Below are positions 7,790-17,781 of a stretch of DNA of 64,000 nt, piece after piece. The notes beneath the pieces are model-generated. The model saw only the letters and a list, made by a program, of their open reading frames with translations. It had not been told where the DNA came from and made no database searches. Every line of letters begins with the position of its first letter. Positions within the stretch are counted from its first letter, which is position 1. Both the position numbers and the translations under genes were made by a program. This DNA is from an uncultured bacterium (GTDB lineage: Bacteria > Hydrogenedentota > Hydrogenedentia > Hydrogenedentales > Hydrogenedentaceae), in contig CAKZKR010000109.1 of the NCBI GenBank assembly GCA_937124615.1, positions 12,338-76,337 on the forward strand, read 5' to 3'.

Positions 7790-9755
7790 TGGTCCCTGTT
7801 CTGATACAAATCACTCCGCTCCGATTTTCTATGGCATCTGATGCATTGATAACAAGGTTTAAGATAATTGAGCGAAGTTGATTTGTTTCTCCATCGATAA
7901 AAGGTAAATGATTTTCAATGTCTATCTGTAGCACTATTTTTTTTGAGATACTAACTTTAAGTAAATGTTCCATTTCTAAAATTAATTGATTTAAATTGCA
8001 AGGTTGATGAGGTTGTTGTTTTTTCCCTGCGAAGATGAGTAATTGTCGGCATAATTCCCCTGCACTTTTTATTGCCTCCTCAATGTTTAGTAGATAGTTC
8101 TTAATAGTATACGGATTGTTTATCTCTTCTTTTGCCAATTCGGAGTATCCCATGACGGCCATAAGAATATTGTTGAAATCGTGAGCAATAGAACTTGAGA
8201 GTATGCCCAAACTTTCTAATTTCTGTGTGTGTTGAAGTTGTTCTTGTAGTTGTTCTTTTTCTTTTTCAAATTTTTTTATTTCAGAAATATCTCTAAATAG
8301 GAGAAGATATAATGGGCTTCTGTTCGTAAAGTGGATTAAACGGTGGATTAGTCGTAAGTTTAAGTAATTCCCAAATTTATCTTTTTCTTCGATTTCGATT
8401 TCTGATGAGGGATGCGTATCTTTGCATTTAGATATATGGTTACTAATTGCAGGAATAAAACGATGGATAGGTTTGGATAGGACCTCATCAATTTTCCATT
8501 TCAAAATATCTTCACTTACTTTATTCCAGAATTCAATATTTTCTTCCTTGTTAAACGCAATTATTCCTATAGGGGCAGAGTCGATAAGTGTTTTTAATAA
8601 GGACATGGTTTCGTTTAATGTATTTATGAGGGATTTAAGATCTGTAATATCTTCATATATGCCTAAAACACCATAAGGAATATCCCTGGGTCCCATAAGT
8701 GGTATCTTGCTCGTTCTTAACCAAATCTGTTGGCCGTCTGGGGTTGTTTGGGGTTCTTCATAAAACATTTTTGATTTTCCCGAAGTAATTACTTTTTGGT
8801 CATCTTTTCTGTATAGTTCTGCTTCTGATTTCCATGGTAGTTGGTAATCTGTGGTTCCAATTACTTCGTCAGGACTATTTTTCCCCGCATCTTTAGCGAA
8901 AGCAAGGTTACACCCTAAATAATGTAGGCCTGTGTCTTTCCAGAATACACGGACTGGTAGCAAATCCATAATAATCTTAATGAGATTCCGTGCCTGTTCT
9001 GCTTCTTTTGTTTTTCTCTCTTTTTCATCTAAATTCTCTATATGAACGAGAAAACCATAGATAGATTCTGCTTCATCTCCAGAAATTGGGAAGAGATTTA
9101 CAAGAGCCTGAAAAGGGGACCGGTCTTTCTTTAAATATAATTTTTGAAAAGTAATAACTTTATTAAATAGTAATGTTGGTTTCTTTATTGCTTCTTGAAA
9201 AAGAGTCAGTTCCTGATCGAGATTTTCAGTGCATGTTAGTTCTTGCCAGGTAAGTTTTAATAGTTCGTTTTTCTTGTAACCAAATAGTGAACATAGAGCA
9301 GGATTGGCCTCTATCCAGTAACCTGCAATATTTGTGATTCCTATGGGAATATTTATTTTTTGGAAGAAATCATATAGGAGAGGATTTTGGGTCAATATAT
9401 CTGTGCTTTTAGGTAATAGTTCCGTATAATCATATAGAGTGAAGGTATATTTTTCTGGGTCCGGTATTTTTTGTGATTTAGTAATTATACACCAGAAATA
9501 TTTGTTTCTTTTGTTGTTAAACCATATTCCTATATGATTTTTTGAATTAATATTGTCGGGATTTTTTATACAATACTGGAAAAAATCTTCAATAATCTTT
9601 TTTTGAGGTTCAAATACCCAATCCGTAAGAAGAGTCCCTTTAAATTCTTCTAAATTTAAACTTAGAAAATCAGACTCATCTGTGATAATCTGTTGAATCT
9701 CTCCCACTTCATCTAATTTAATAAGACATTCTTTAGGGAATAATGTATTTTTCAC
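7713..9755 (-). CDS. Hybrid sensor histidine kinase, N-terminal part (PAS/PAC domains, HisKA H-box, HATPase N-box), ending prematurely by frameshift
   Basis: H-box ESLGILSSSIAHDFNNILMAVMGYSELA and N-box LNLVINASDAIENRSG are present. There are multiple PAS-like segments and no TM helix. The ORF stops just after the N-box. Confidence 0.8.
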   Translation of the reverse strand: MKNTLFPKECLIKLDEVGEIQQIITDESDFLSLNLEEFKGTLLTDWVFEPQKKIIEDFFQYCIKNPDNINSKNHIGIWFNNKRNKYFWCIITKSQKIPDPEKYTFTLYDYTELLPKSTDILTQNPLLYDFFQKINIPIGITNIAGYWIEANPALCSLFGYKKNELLKLTWQELTCTENLDQELTLFQEAIKKPTLLFNKVITFQKLYLKKDRSPFQALVNLFPISGDEAESIYGFLVHIENLDEKERKTKEAEQARNLIKIIMDLLPVRVFWKDTGLHYLGCNLAFAKDAGKNSPDEVIGTTDYQLPWKSEAELYRKDDQKVITSGKSKMFYEEPQTTPDGQQIWLRTSKIPLMGPRDIPYGVLGIYEDITDLKSLINTLNETMSLLKTLIDSAPIGIIAFNKEENIEFWNKVSEDILKWKIDEVLSKPIHRFIPAISNHISKCKDTHPSSEIEIEEKDKFGNYLNLRLIHRLIHFTNRSPLYLLLFRDISEIKKFEKEKEQLQEQLQHTQKLESLGILSSSIAHDFNNILMAVMGYSELAKEEINNPYTIKNYLLNIEEAIKSAGELCRQLLIFAGKKQQPHQPCNLNQLILEMEHLLKVSISKKIVLQIDIENHLPFIDGETNQLRSIILNLVINASDAIENRSGVICIRTGTIDFTESFIRTTWFQEKNRGQKVCLS

Positions 9756-9916
9756 TAATAAGATACTTTATTTTTATAATTTATATTATTATACACGATT
9801 TACTGTGTCGATATATACATTTTAAGTATGTTAAATGTGGTTATTCCTATATTTTCAGAAATTAATAAGTGTTTTAGTTATTAGAAAAATGGTTAAGGGA
9901 GGGGGATGGTCTTTGT

Positions 9917-11218
9917 TTATCTATTGACATAGGTGTCGACGGCCTGTCTTAATGTTTTTATAATCCAATTTCTTTTGTTATCATCTGTTTCTAATAAAGT
10001 AATACGAAATCCGGGATAATTTGATTGAAAACCACTTAGAGGCACAACTACAATTCCCGTCGAACCCATTAAATAATATACGAATCGTTTGTCAGGAGGG
10101 GCATTTTCTACTATGCTTTCTATGTATTCTTTTACTTTGCTGTTTTCTATTGGCAAGGTTTGATGATTGTTTAACACATTCTCTTTGAACATAATTGTTG
10201 CGTAGAAAGCGCCGCCGGGTCTATTTAAAACAATATAGGGACAACCTCGGAATCCTTCCATTAATTCATCGGCTCGGTTATTGAAAATTGATGCCCGCTG
10301 ACGAAGATGTTGGGGGTATCTGGAATCACCCATGACTTTTGGGATAACCATCTGTGGGAATGTAGTTGAACAGACCTCCAGTCTTTTCGCTGCGAGTAGG
10401 CTATCCACATATTCAGAAAAATTGGGGTCTTTTTTACGATTTAAGACTTCTATCCAACCGCACCGGGACCCCGGCCAAGGGAATTCCTTACTGATTCCTC
10501 TCATCGCAATTCCCGGAACATCTTCAATCCATTGGCTTAAATGAATTTTAGGGTAACCCGGAAAAACAATATGGCTGTATATTTCATCCGTGATAATGAA
10601 TAGGTCGTATTCCCTAGCAATCTTTAATATTTCTTCGAGTACACTTCGAGGATAAACGGCGCCTGTTGGATTGTCAGGAGATAGGAGTAGGATGCCTGCA
10701 ATGGAATCGTTGTACTTCACCTTATTCCGCAAATCATATAGATCGGGCATCCAGCTGTTATAAGGGTCTAATTTATAGGTTAAATGGTTATAACCAGAAT
10801 GAGCCGCTTCAGCAGAGGAATGTGTGCTATAAGCAGGGGATGGACCTAAAACCCGTGCTTCTCTTTTTAGAAAACCATAGACTTTGGCTACTGCATCACC
10901 AATTCCGTTAAAAAAAATAATATCATCAGGAGTAATTTTTACACTACCACTACGCTGATTTACCATTTCTGCAAGGAAGAATCTTGTTTCGGGAACACCC
11001 GCGGTATCACAGTAGCCATAGGTTCGTGAATCATCAATTGTCTCGTGAATAATTTCTTTAATCCACGGGGCAATTTCTTCGCCTTTTTCAATTGGGTCAC
11101 CGATATTTTCCCATGTTATAGATTGCCCCAGTTCTTTTACTTTATTAGCAATGGATACAATTTCTCTAATTTCGTAACTTAAATTACGAGCACCTTCGTG
11201 AACAATATTTCTACGCAT
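9917..11218 (-). CDS. PLP-dependent class I/II aminotransferase (alanine-aminotransferase-like)
   Basis: 433 aa. The SPDNPTGAVY...FIITDEIYSHIVF architecture fits fold-type I aminotransferases. Confidence 0.75.
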   Translation of the reverse strand: MRRNIVHEGARNLSYEIREIVSIANKVKELGQSITWENIGDPIEKGEEIAPWIKEIIHETIDDSRTYGYCDTAGVPETRFFLAEMVNQRSGSVKITPDDIIFFNGIGDAVAKVYGFLKREARVLGPSPAYSTHSSAEAAHSGYNHLTYKLDPYNSWMPDLYDLRNKVKYNDSIAGILLLSPDNPTGAVYPRSVLEEILKIAREYDLFIITDEIYSHIVFPGYPKIHLSQWIEDVPGIAMRGISKEFPWPGSRCGWIEVLNRKKDPNFSEYVDSLLAAKRLEVCSTTFPQMVIPKVMGDSRYPQHLRQRASIFNNRADELMEGFRGCPYIVLNRPGGAFYATIMFKENVLNNHQTLPIENSKVKEYIESIVENAPPDKRFVYYLMGSTGIVVVPLSGFQSNYPGFRITLLETDDNKRNWIIKTLRQAVDTYVNR

Positions 11219-11326
11219 ATAAACCTCATTTTAATAAAGTATATTGAAGTAAAAGCGATATGTTTTTAATGTTTTTGGGGAAAAGAATAAAGAATTGTAA
11301 TAGTTTACAACTTTGAGGGGTAAAAA

Positions 11327-12679
11327 TTAAAATACATAAGTAAACAATTCATCTTTTGCTAATGAAAAAATAGAGTTATTCTCTCTGTGGAGATTTTTAC
11401 TTAGAGCGGGTTTGTTTATTATGACTTCATCTTTTTGATTTCCTTCTATATCAAAGGAACGATAAATAAGGCGGTTTTTTGTACCTGTTTCAATCGTTAT
11501 AATCTGATAGGTAGGAATTTTTGTAAATGCGGTTTCAATGATGTCTGTTTTTTCCTGTTGTTCATAGGCTTTTGTCCCTGAAAAAGAGATAACATAATAG
11601 GTTCCTTCTGATGGAGATGAGACTTTCTGGTCATTTTTTAATGGATAAGTGCGCCAATATGAGTGGTCATGACCTTGAAAGACCATATCAACATGATATT
11701 GATCTATTAGAGGTAGCCATGCATTTTTTAAGTGTCTATTGTCTCTTTTGGGTGCAGAGCTGTAAAGCGGTTGATGAAACAATAAAAACTTCCATGTGGA
11801 GGAAGACTCTGAAAGTTGTTGTTCTAACCAGGGTTTTTGATGTTCCGGATTATGGTTACCATTTAGGATAATAAATTGTGCGTTTGAGTATGTTAATGAA
11901 TAACAAAATTCATTGGTAATATTTGTAGGACCATTTTGAGGTAATACAAAATAATCGAGATACATTTTGGGTAAGAGAGGATTTGATTTATATTCGTGGT
12001 TCCCTATTGTTGGAATTATTGGATATTGAGCAAAAACATTGTCAGAGTAATGAAAAAAAGCATCCCAATCGTCTCGTTCGTTTCCTCGATTTACAAGGTC
12101 TCCAGCCATTAAAATAAAAGAACAATCCGGACATTTTTCAACAGATGTTTTCAGTAATTTTCCCCATTCTTCAAATCCGTTTTGAGCATCTCCTAAGTAG
12201 ATAAAGGAAAAGGATTGAGTCTGTAAAGGTTCTGTTTTAAAGGTATACCAATGGCTCCATATATCCTGAGAGGAGTTCCCGATTCGATATTCATAAGTTG
12301 TACCTGGTTCTAATGATTTTAAGGTAACAAACCACCGATAAATTTCCGGATTGTTTTTTAAGGGGGGGTCAATAATAGAGATGAAATTTGCAGGTGTTTT
12401 TATAATTTGCTCGTTATTCTGGGTAGACTTTTTATGCCATTCAACAATACATTCTTTTACTTCTGGCGAAGTAGACCATTGAATTGTTATGGAAGTTTTT
12501 GGTGTTTCGGTCATCGTTAGTACAATTTGAGATGGGGTTTGGGTAACCGGAAATGAAGTTTCTCTATCAGGAGGTGTTTTTACATCTGAGTATATTGGAA
12601 AAATTGTTGTTAGCAGAATTATACAGGTGGAAATAAAAAAAATAAAATAAAAACTTCTTATTTTTTGAGGTGATTTCAT
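11327..12679 (-). CDS. Secreted metallophosphoesterase, purple-acid-phosphatase-like (FN3-like N-domain plus calcineurin-like phosphoesterase)
   Basis: Signal peptide, then metallophosphoesterase motifs GDAQNG / GDLVNRG / GNHEY / GHDHSY. Confidence 0.8.
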   Translation of the reverse strand: MKSPQKIRSFYFIFFISTCIILLTTIFPIYSDVKTPPDRETSFPVTQTPSQIVLTMTETPKTSITIQWSTSPEVKECIVEWHKKSTQNNEQIIKTPANFISIIDPPLKNNPEIYRWFVTLKSLEPGTTYEYRIGNSSQDIWSHWYTFKTEPLQTQSFSFIYLGDAQNGFEEWGKLLKTSVEKCPDCSFILMAGDLVNRGNERDDWDAFFHYSDNVFAQYPIIPTIGNHEYKSNPLLPKMYLDYFVLPQNGPTNITNEFCYSLTYSNAQFIILNGNHNPEHQKPWLEQQLSESSSTWKFLLFHQPLYSSAPKRDNRHLKNAWLPLIDQYHVDMVFQGHDHSYWRTYPLKNDQKVSSPSEGTYYVISFSGTKAYEQQEKTDIIETAFTKIPTYQIITIETGTKNRLIYRSFDIEGNQKDEVIINKPALSKNLHRENNSIFSLAKDELFTYVF

Positions 12680-13067
12680 CTTATGTCCTTTTCAAAATAG
12701 GTGGGATTTTAACATAAATTAAGATAATAGTTAGATACAAAATATTCAAGAATAGTTTCAATAACTTTTAGTTTCTGAATAAATAAAGAAGGTAGATATT
12801 AAGGAATTACATAATAAGATTAAATACATTATCTGATGACTTTGAAGAAGTAGAAATATGAACATGGTTTTATTGAGTAAGAGAGGATGATATTAATTAA
12901 ATATTTGTATACGGTTAGAATTTATTTATAAGGCTGTTGTATGGAATTTGTTTTCGTATCTATCCAATAATTTAATTATTGAAATAATAAAATTTGAGTT
13001 AAAGGAACAAAGTTCGTGTTAATAAAAATAAAAAACATATAATGATTATATATCTTTTAAAAAAGGT

Positions 13068-13232
13068 GCGCACGGGCATTTCTATCGGAACAGGCATAGG
13101 AGGGGGGATAGGAGCCCGTGCGCTGGGGAGGGTACTGTGCAGGGTAGTGAGGGCTGTGTGTGTGGTAATAATTATTGTTTGTACCTGTGGTCTGGGTTGG
13201 GAGGAAGGCCAGATATAGCAGGGCCAAGTTTT
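13068..13232. ncRNA. Candidate structured small RNA or regulatory element (GC-rich island in an AT-rich spacer), strand unresolved
   Basis: A perfect 10-bp inverted repeat GCGCACGGGC...GCCCGTGCGC encloses ATAGGAG-GGGGG-ATAGGAG. On the + strand it is flanked by A6 (a U-tract on the minus strand) and followed by a G-rich stretch with multiple GGA/GGGAGG motifs. Confidence 0.3.
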
Positions 13233-13645
13233 TGTAAACTTACCTCACTTTCCTCACAGGAAAACTATTCAATTTTAATAGAACTTATTCCTAATTTATT
13301 TATACTATGAACGCCTTAAAAGTTTCAAAAGTTTACAAATTTTTTTGTGTAAAAATCTATAAAAAACAATTTATATAAATTGTTAATTACCTTTCACCCA
13401 ATATTATAACATAAAAAAGTTATAAAATCAAATTTATTAACAAAAAATTACATATCAATTATAATAAAATAATTTGGATATTTATTATATAAAATTTCTG
13501 TATACTTATATGAGAATAAAAGACCGATTTATAAAGCGAATAAAGAAGAACTTAATGTAAAATAAAATAAGAAAATGATGGAAATTAAAACAAGGGTGTT
13601 TTTTATTATAAAAATATAAATGTTTACAATAAAGAGTTAATTAAG

Positions 13646-13695
13646 GATAATAATAGAACTTGTATATTGGAATTACTCTATAATGATAATAGAAC
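13646..13695. promoter_or_regulatory. Direct repeat GATAAT(AAT)AGAAC x2 in the fliM upstream region (candidate regulator binding sites), with a possible TTCAAA-N18-TATAAT promoter just downstream (13741-13768)
   Basis: Two copies at 13646-13659 and 13685-13695. A TATAAT hexamer lies at 13763-13768. Confidence 0.25.
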
Positions 13696-13789
13696 AAATG
13701 GATAGTGATTTTACAATTAATTTTATCTTAGTGATTTATTTCAAAAATGGGGTGTCTATTCGTTATAATCAAATAAAAGGGTTATAACA

Positions 13790-14794
13790 ATGGCAGATAT
13801 TTTAAGTCAGGACGAGATCGACCTACTATTAGGTTCTGTTACCACTGGAACTGTTGATACTATAAAAAGAGAGGAACAGGAAGGCGAGCAGAAGGTAAGT
13901 GTCTATGATTTTCGTCGTCCGGAACGGGTTTCGAAAGAACAGTTAAAGGGATTACAAAGTATATTTGAATCTTTTGCCCGTGAACTTACAATTGTTCTTC
14001 CCCCTTATTTTCGTACTATAGTTCGTGTTGATTTGGTATCTATTGATCAATTGACTTATGATGAGTTTATTCTTGCCATTTCCCGACCAACTTGTTTGAT
14101 TGTAGTTAATATGTCTCCTTTGGATGGGGCCGGAATTTTAGAATTGAGTCCCACTGCAGTTTTTCCTATAATCGATCGGGTATTAGGGGGAAAAGGAAAA
14201 ATAATACCGGAGTTGCGGGAATTAACAGAGATAGAGGAGCGCATCATAGGGCGTATTGTAGATATGATGTTAAATTGTCTAAAGAGGGCATGGGAACAGG
14301 TTATTGAATTAAATGCTCGGGTCGAATCAATAGAAAGTGACCCTTTAATAGTACAGATTGTCGCAGGTAGTGAGATGACCGTTCTTGTAAGTTATGAAAT
14401 TCATGTAGGTGAGAATACGGGAACGATAAATTTTTGTATTCCTTTAATGGTATTAAATCCTCTTCTCGACCAGATATTGAAGATGGCTCATTATGCACAC
14501 CGAGTTAGTCCTGAAGAAGCAGAAATGACGCGTATTATGTTGTTAAAACTACTATTAAATGCAAATATAAAGATGGATACAATTTTAGGGAAGGTGAAGG
14601 TGGAAATGAATGATTTGTTACAATTGAAAAAAGGAGATGTATTGGTCCTGAATAGAAATGTTGAGGAGCCTATTATAGTTGAAATTGAAGGTTTACCAAA
14701 ATTAAAAGGAACAATCGGTAGACGAGGAGAGGAAATGGCCTTGCGTATATCTTCTATTATTAGGGATGAAAAAAATCCTGAGAATTTTTTATAA
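13790..14794 (+). CDS. fliM: Flagellar motor switch protein FliM
   Basis: N-terminus MADILSQDEIDLLLG (the CheY-P binding motif of FliM). 334 aa, with a FliM middle domain and a SpoA-like C-terminus. Confidence 0.9.
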   Translation: MADILSQDEIDLLLGSVTTGTVDTIKREEQEGEQKVSVYDFRRPERVSKEQLKGLQSIFESFARELTIVLPPYFRTIVRVDLVSIDQLTYDEFILAISRPTCLIVVNMSPLDGAGILELSPTAVFPIIDRVLGGKGKIIPELRELTEIEERIIGRIVDMMLNCLKRAWEQVIELNARVESIESDPLIVQIVAGSEMTVLVSYEIHVGENTGTINFCIPLMVLNPLLDQILKMAHYAHRVSPEEAEMTRIMLLKLLLNANIKMDTILGKVKVEMNDLLQLKKGDVLVLNRNVEEPIIVEIEGLPKLKGTIGRRGEEMALRISSIIRDEKNPENFL

Positions 14795-14806
14795 GGGAAG
14801 ATTCAA

Positions 14807-15760
14807 ATGAAGGTAAATGAAGTCATTGAATTGTTTTTCAAAGGGCTGGATGATGTTTTAATGTCTTTGGGGACTGGGGGTAATAAATATGAAGTTTGTG
14901 AGGTCAGATTTATGAAGATGAACGATGCAAAATCGAGTGTTGGTGAGCAAGATATTGTTTTGTGGGGAAAGGTGGAAAAAGAGCAAGGAATGATATTGTT
15001 ATTTCTGAATGATAATGAAGTTCGAGCATTAATAGGTTCCGTTGAGGGGACAATTCCAGAAGATATAAATGAATCTGTACTGAATACTTTAAAGGAATTA
15101 GGGGATGCATTTTTAGGCGGTGGATTGAGTTCTTTGGCACAATTAGCAAAAAAAGGAGTAGTTCAATTTGAATCTACAGGGATTTTGAGAGGGAATGAAG
15201 TTTTTGAGAGTCCGTTTTCTTCAAGAATTGAAGATCCTGTAATATATGGTTCGGTTAAGGTAGAGGGAAGTATTCATTTTACATCTCCATGGAGAATAAT
15301 ATTTGATAACCTATTGAAAGGATGGTTTTCAATAGATGAGGAAAATGAAAATTCAGCAGAACGAGATCCCATGTTGGCACAGGAAGGAATAGAATCGTTT
15401 TTAAATAATGAGTTATTGAAAACAGAAATAGCAAAACGAGAAATAGAAAAAGCAACTACAGGAGTAAAACCCGTGAGCACAAAGTCGACGGATTCCAGAT
15501 ATCGCAATTTAGATGTTATTTTGGATATTCAGGTAGAGGCAACAGCACGGTTGGGGAGCGTTGAGATGCCTCTGGCGACGGTATTGAGTTTGGGGCCGGG
15601 TTCTGTAATTAATGTTGGACATGAGGTCGATAATCCCATTGAGTTGTATGTAAATAATAAATTAATTGCAAAAGGCGATGTTGTTATTGTTGATGAAAAA
15701 TTTGGGATTCGAATAACAGAGATTGTAAGTCCTCAAGAACGAATAGAGAGTTTACAGTGA
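14807..15760 (+). CDS. fliN: Flagellar motor switch protein FliN/FliY (SpoA domain at C-terminus with N-terminal extension)
   Basis: C-terminal LDVILDIQVEATARLGSVEMPLATVLSLGPGSVINV...ELYVNNKLIAKGDVVIVDEKFGIRITEI is a SpoA (FliN) domain. 317 aa fits the longer FliY-type protein. Confidence 0.85.
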   Translation: MKVNEVIELFFKGLDDVLMSLGTGGNKYEVCEVRFMKMNDAKSSVGEQDIVLWGKVEKEQGMILLFLNDNEVRALIGSVEGTIPEDINESVLNTLKELGDAFLGGGLSSLAQLAKKGVVQFESTGILRGNEVFESPFSSRIEDPVIYGSVKVEGSIHFTSPWRIIFDNLLKGWFSIDEENENSAERDPMLAQEGIESFLNNELLKTEIAKREIEKATTGVKPVSTKSTDSRYRNLDVILDIQVEATARLGSVEMPLATVLSLGPGSVINVGHEVDNPIELYVNNKLIAKGDVVIVDEKFGIRITEIVSPQERIESLQ

Positions 15761-16515
15761 GTATCGACGACGAGAAAATACTCTGGCAAAAATACAAAGA
15801 AGAAAATGATGAATCGGCTCGTGAAACATTGATATACAAATACATGCCGGTTGTTCGATTCATTGCAGGGAGGATTGCTATCCATGTGCCTCCTTCTATT
15901 GAAATGGATGATCTTGTTGGTTGGGGTATTGTTGGTTTGCTGGATGCTATGGAAAGATATGATTATAAACAAGATACTCGTTTTAATACGTATGCATCTA
16001 TTCGTATCCGTGGGACTATCTTAGACCAGATTCGGTCATTGGATTGGGCCCCTCGTTCGTTAAGAAGTATGGCTCGGCGGGTAGGTGCTGTTTCAGAAAA
16101 ATTAAGACATGAAAAGAGAGGGGAACCTACCATTCATGATATAGCCAATGCTTTAGGTGTTAGTTCTGAAGATATAGAAGAAACTGTTGTAAATTTACAA
16201 ATGGTTCAGGTCCTATCATTAGACCATTTTGCTATATCTGAGGATGATGGGGCGGAACGAACAAGGGAGATTAATGTCAATGCTTTTTATCCTTCCCCTG
16301 AAGAAGTAGCTCGTCAAAGAGAGTTGCAAGAGTTACTTGTTGAAGCAATTATGAAATTACCTGAACAACAACAAAAGGTTTTAAATCTTTACTATTATGA
16401 AGAATTAACCTTGAAAGAAATAGGTGAAGTTCTTCAAGTTTCTGAGTCACGGGTTTGCCAGATTCATGCAAGTGCCGTTAAAACATTACGCGAGTTGGTA
16501 AAATCATGGGTATAG
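15757..16515 (+). CDS. fliA: Flagellar sigma factor FliA (sigma-28, WhiG family)
   Basis: GTG start overlaps the fliN stop (GTGA). Sigma-70 regions 2, 3 and 4 are recognisable, ending in an HTH (LTLKEIGEVLQVSESRVCQIHASAVKTLR). Confidence 0.85.
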   Translation: MSIDDEKILWQKYKEENDESARETLIYKYMPVVRFIAGRIAIHVPPSIEMDDLVGWGIVGLLDAMERYDYKQDTRFNTYASIRIRGTILDQIRSLDWAPRSLRSMARRVGAVSEKLRHEKRGEPTIHDIANALGVSSEDIEETVVNLQMVQVLSLDHFAISEDDGAERTREINVNAFYPSPEEVARQRELQELLVEAIMKLPEQQQKVLNLYYYEELTLKEIGEVLQVSESRVCQIHASAVKTLRELVKSWV

Positions 16516-16518
16516 TTT

Positions 16519-16845
16519 ATGCCAATGCCTATTGATCCAAATACAGAGATTATGCGGGTAAGCATTGCGGAACGCATTCAACAAATTTCCGACAGGGCGT
16601 CTTTATTGGGGCAGGTGCGTCAATCTTTGAATGAAGAACAACATAGGGTAGTGGATGAAACACAAGTGAAAGAGATGCAACAGAAAAGTGAGCAGGTCGA
16701 AACAGAACTCAAAAGAAAAAATCCTTTTTTAGGACGTAGACAAAGACTGAAGGAGGAGAAAAAAGAACAGTCTCAAAGAGAAGAAATAATAGAAACTTAT
16801 GAAGATAGAAAAGATGATGGTTCTCACCTGGATTTACAAGCGTGA
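16519..16845 (+). CDS. Hypothetical charged coiled-coil protein, flagellar-operon associated (FlgM-like role possible but no clear similarity)
   Basis: 108 aa, K/E/Q-rich, immediately downstream of fliA. Confidence 0.35.
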   Translation: MPMPIDPNTEIMRVSIAERIQQISDRASLLGQVRQSLNEEQHRVVDETQVKEMQQKSEQVETELKRKNPFLGRRQRLKEEKKEQSQREEIIETYEDRKDDGSHLDLQA

Positions 16846-16848
16846 ATA

Positions 16849-17754
16849 TTGGAATCAAAAGAAGATAGCATCAGGTTTTTTGAGATGACATTATTGATTG
16901 TTATTACATGGTTGTGTGTTTTAATCGTTGTATTCTGTTTATTTTATTATGTATGGGATGACCGGAATAAGAGGAAGCTTCATGAACATCGTAGGGTAGA
17001 AATTAGTGAGTTAGCAATGGTATTTCAGACTTTGAGGGATGTTGTGTCGGAACAGAAAATACTTGCAAAAGAATTTAATGAACAGGTGGAAGAGAAGTTA
17101 TTATTAGTCCGTACTATGGTAAATGAATCTCAGAGTAGGATGAAAAAGATACAGCAGGAGATATCCGAACAATATCAAACATTGAAAGATTTGCAGGAAC
17201 AAATTGATAGGATTGTTTGTCAGAAGAATGCCTTGTTAGATATATCAGCGAGAGATGTAAAATCAGTGGAGACAATTTCTATCATAGAGGCGGAATCTGT
17301 GTATGGGGAATTGACGAATAATTTAGAAGTAGAGAAAGATAAGAATGTTTTTCATTATGGTTTTGATGAAAGGGATCGTGAAGATGTTGTTATTGATGAT
17401 AGGAATAAGGATATGCAGGTAGCTCTATCAAAAGAGATTAAACAAGAGGAATTAGAAAAGGATGATGAAGAAAGAGGTAAAATAGGAAAAGGCCAAGAGA
17501 ATATTAGGGAAGATTATCGTCCTTTGTTAGTAGGTTCTGTAGATGAGGGAATCCAAGTTAAGATGGAAAAGACACCAATATCTAATCAGTATAATGTTGA
17601 AGAAAGAAATGAGTTAACTCCTATTCAAAAAATGGTATTGGAATATCACAATGCAGGAATGACTACTGGAGAAATAGCCAGGGAATTAGGAAAAACAAAG
17701 GGAGAGGTACGTCTTATTTTAAGCCTTGCACTTTCAAAGCATAATGAAGAATAA
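16849..17754 (+). CDS. Hypothetical membrane-anchored coiled-coil protein with C-terminal sigma-70 region-4/LuxR-like HTH
   Basis: One N-terminal TM helix (LLIVITWLCVLIVVFCLFYYVW), a long coiled-coil, and a C-terminal LTPIQKMVLEYHNAGMTTGEIARELGKTKGEVRLILSLA. The real start is possibly ATG at 16885. Confidence 0.5.
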   Translation: MESKEDSIRFFEMTLLIVITWLCVLIVVFCLFYYVWDDRNKRKLHEHRRVEISELAMVFQTLRDVVSEQKILAKEFNEQVEEKLLLVRTMVNESQSRMKKIQQEISEQYQTLKDLQEQIDRIVCQKNALLDISARDVKSVETISIIEAESVYGELTNNLEVEKDKNVFHYGFDERDREDVVIDDRNKDMQVALSKEIKQEELEKDDEERGKIGKGQENIREDYRPLLVGSVDEGIQVKMEKTPISNQYNVEERNELTPIQKMVLEYHNAGMTTGEIARELGKTKGEVRLILSLALSKHNEE

Positions 17755-17781
17755 AAAGTAACTCAATATTTAAGATATATT

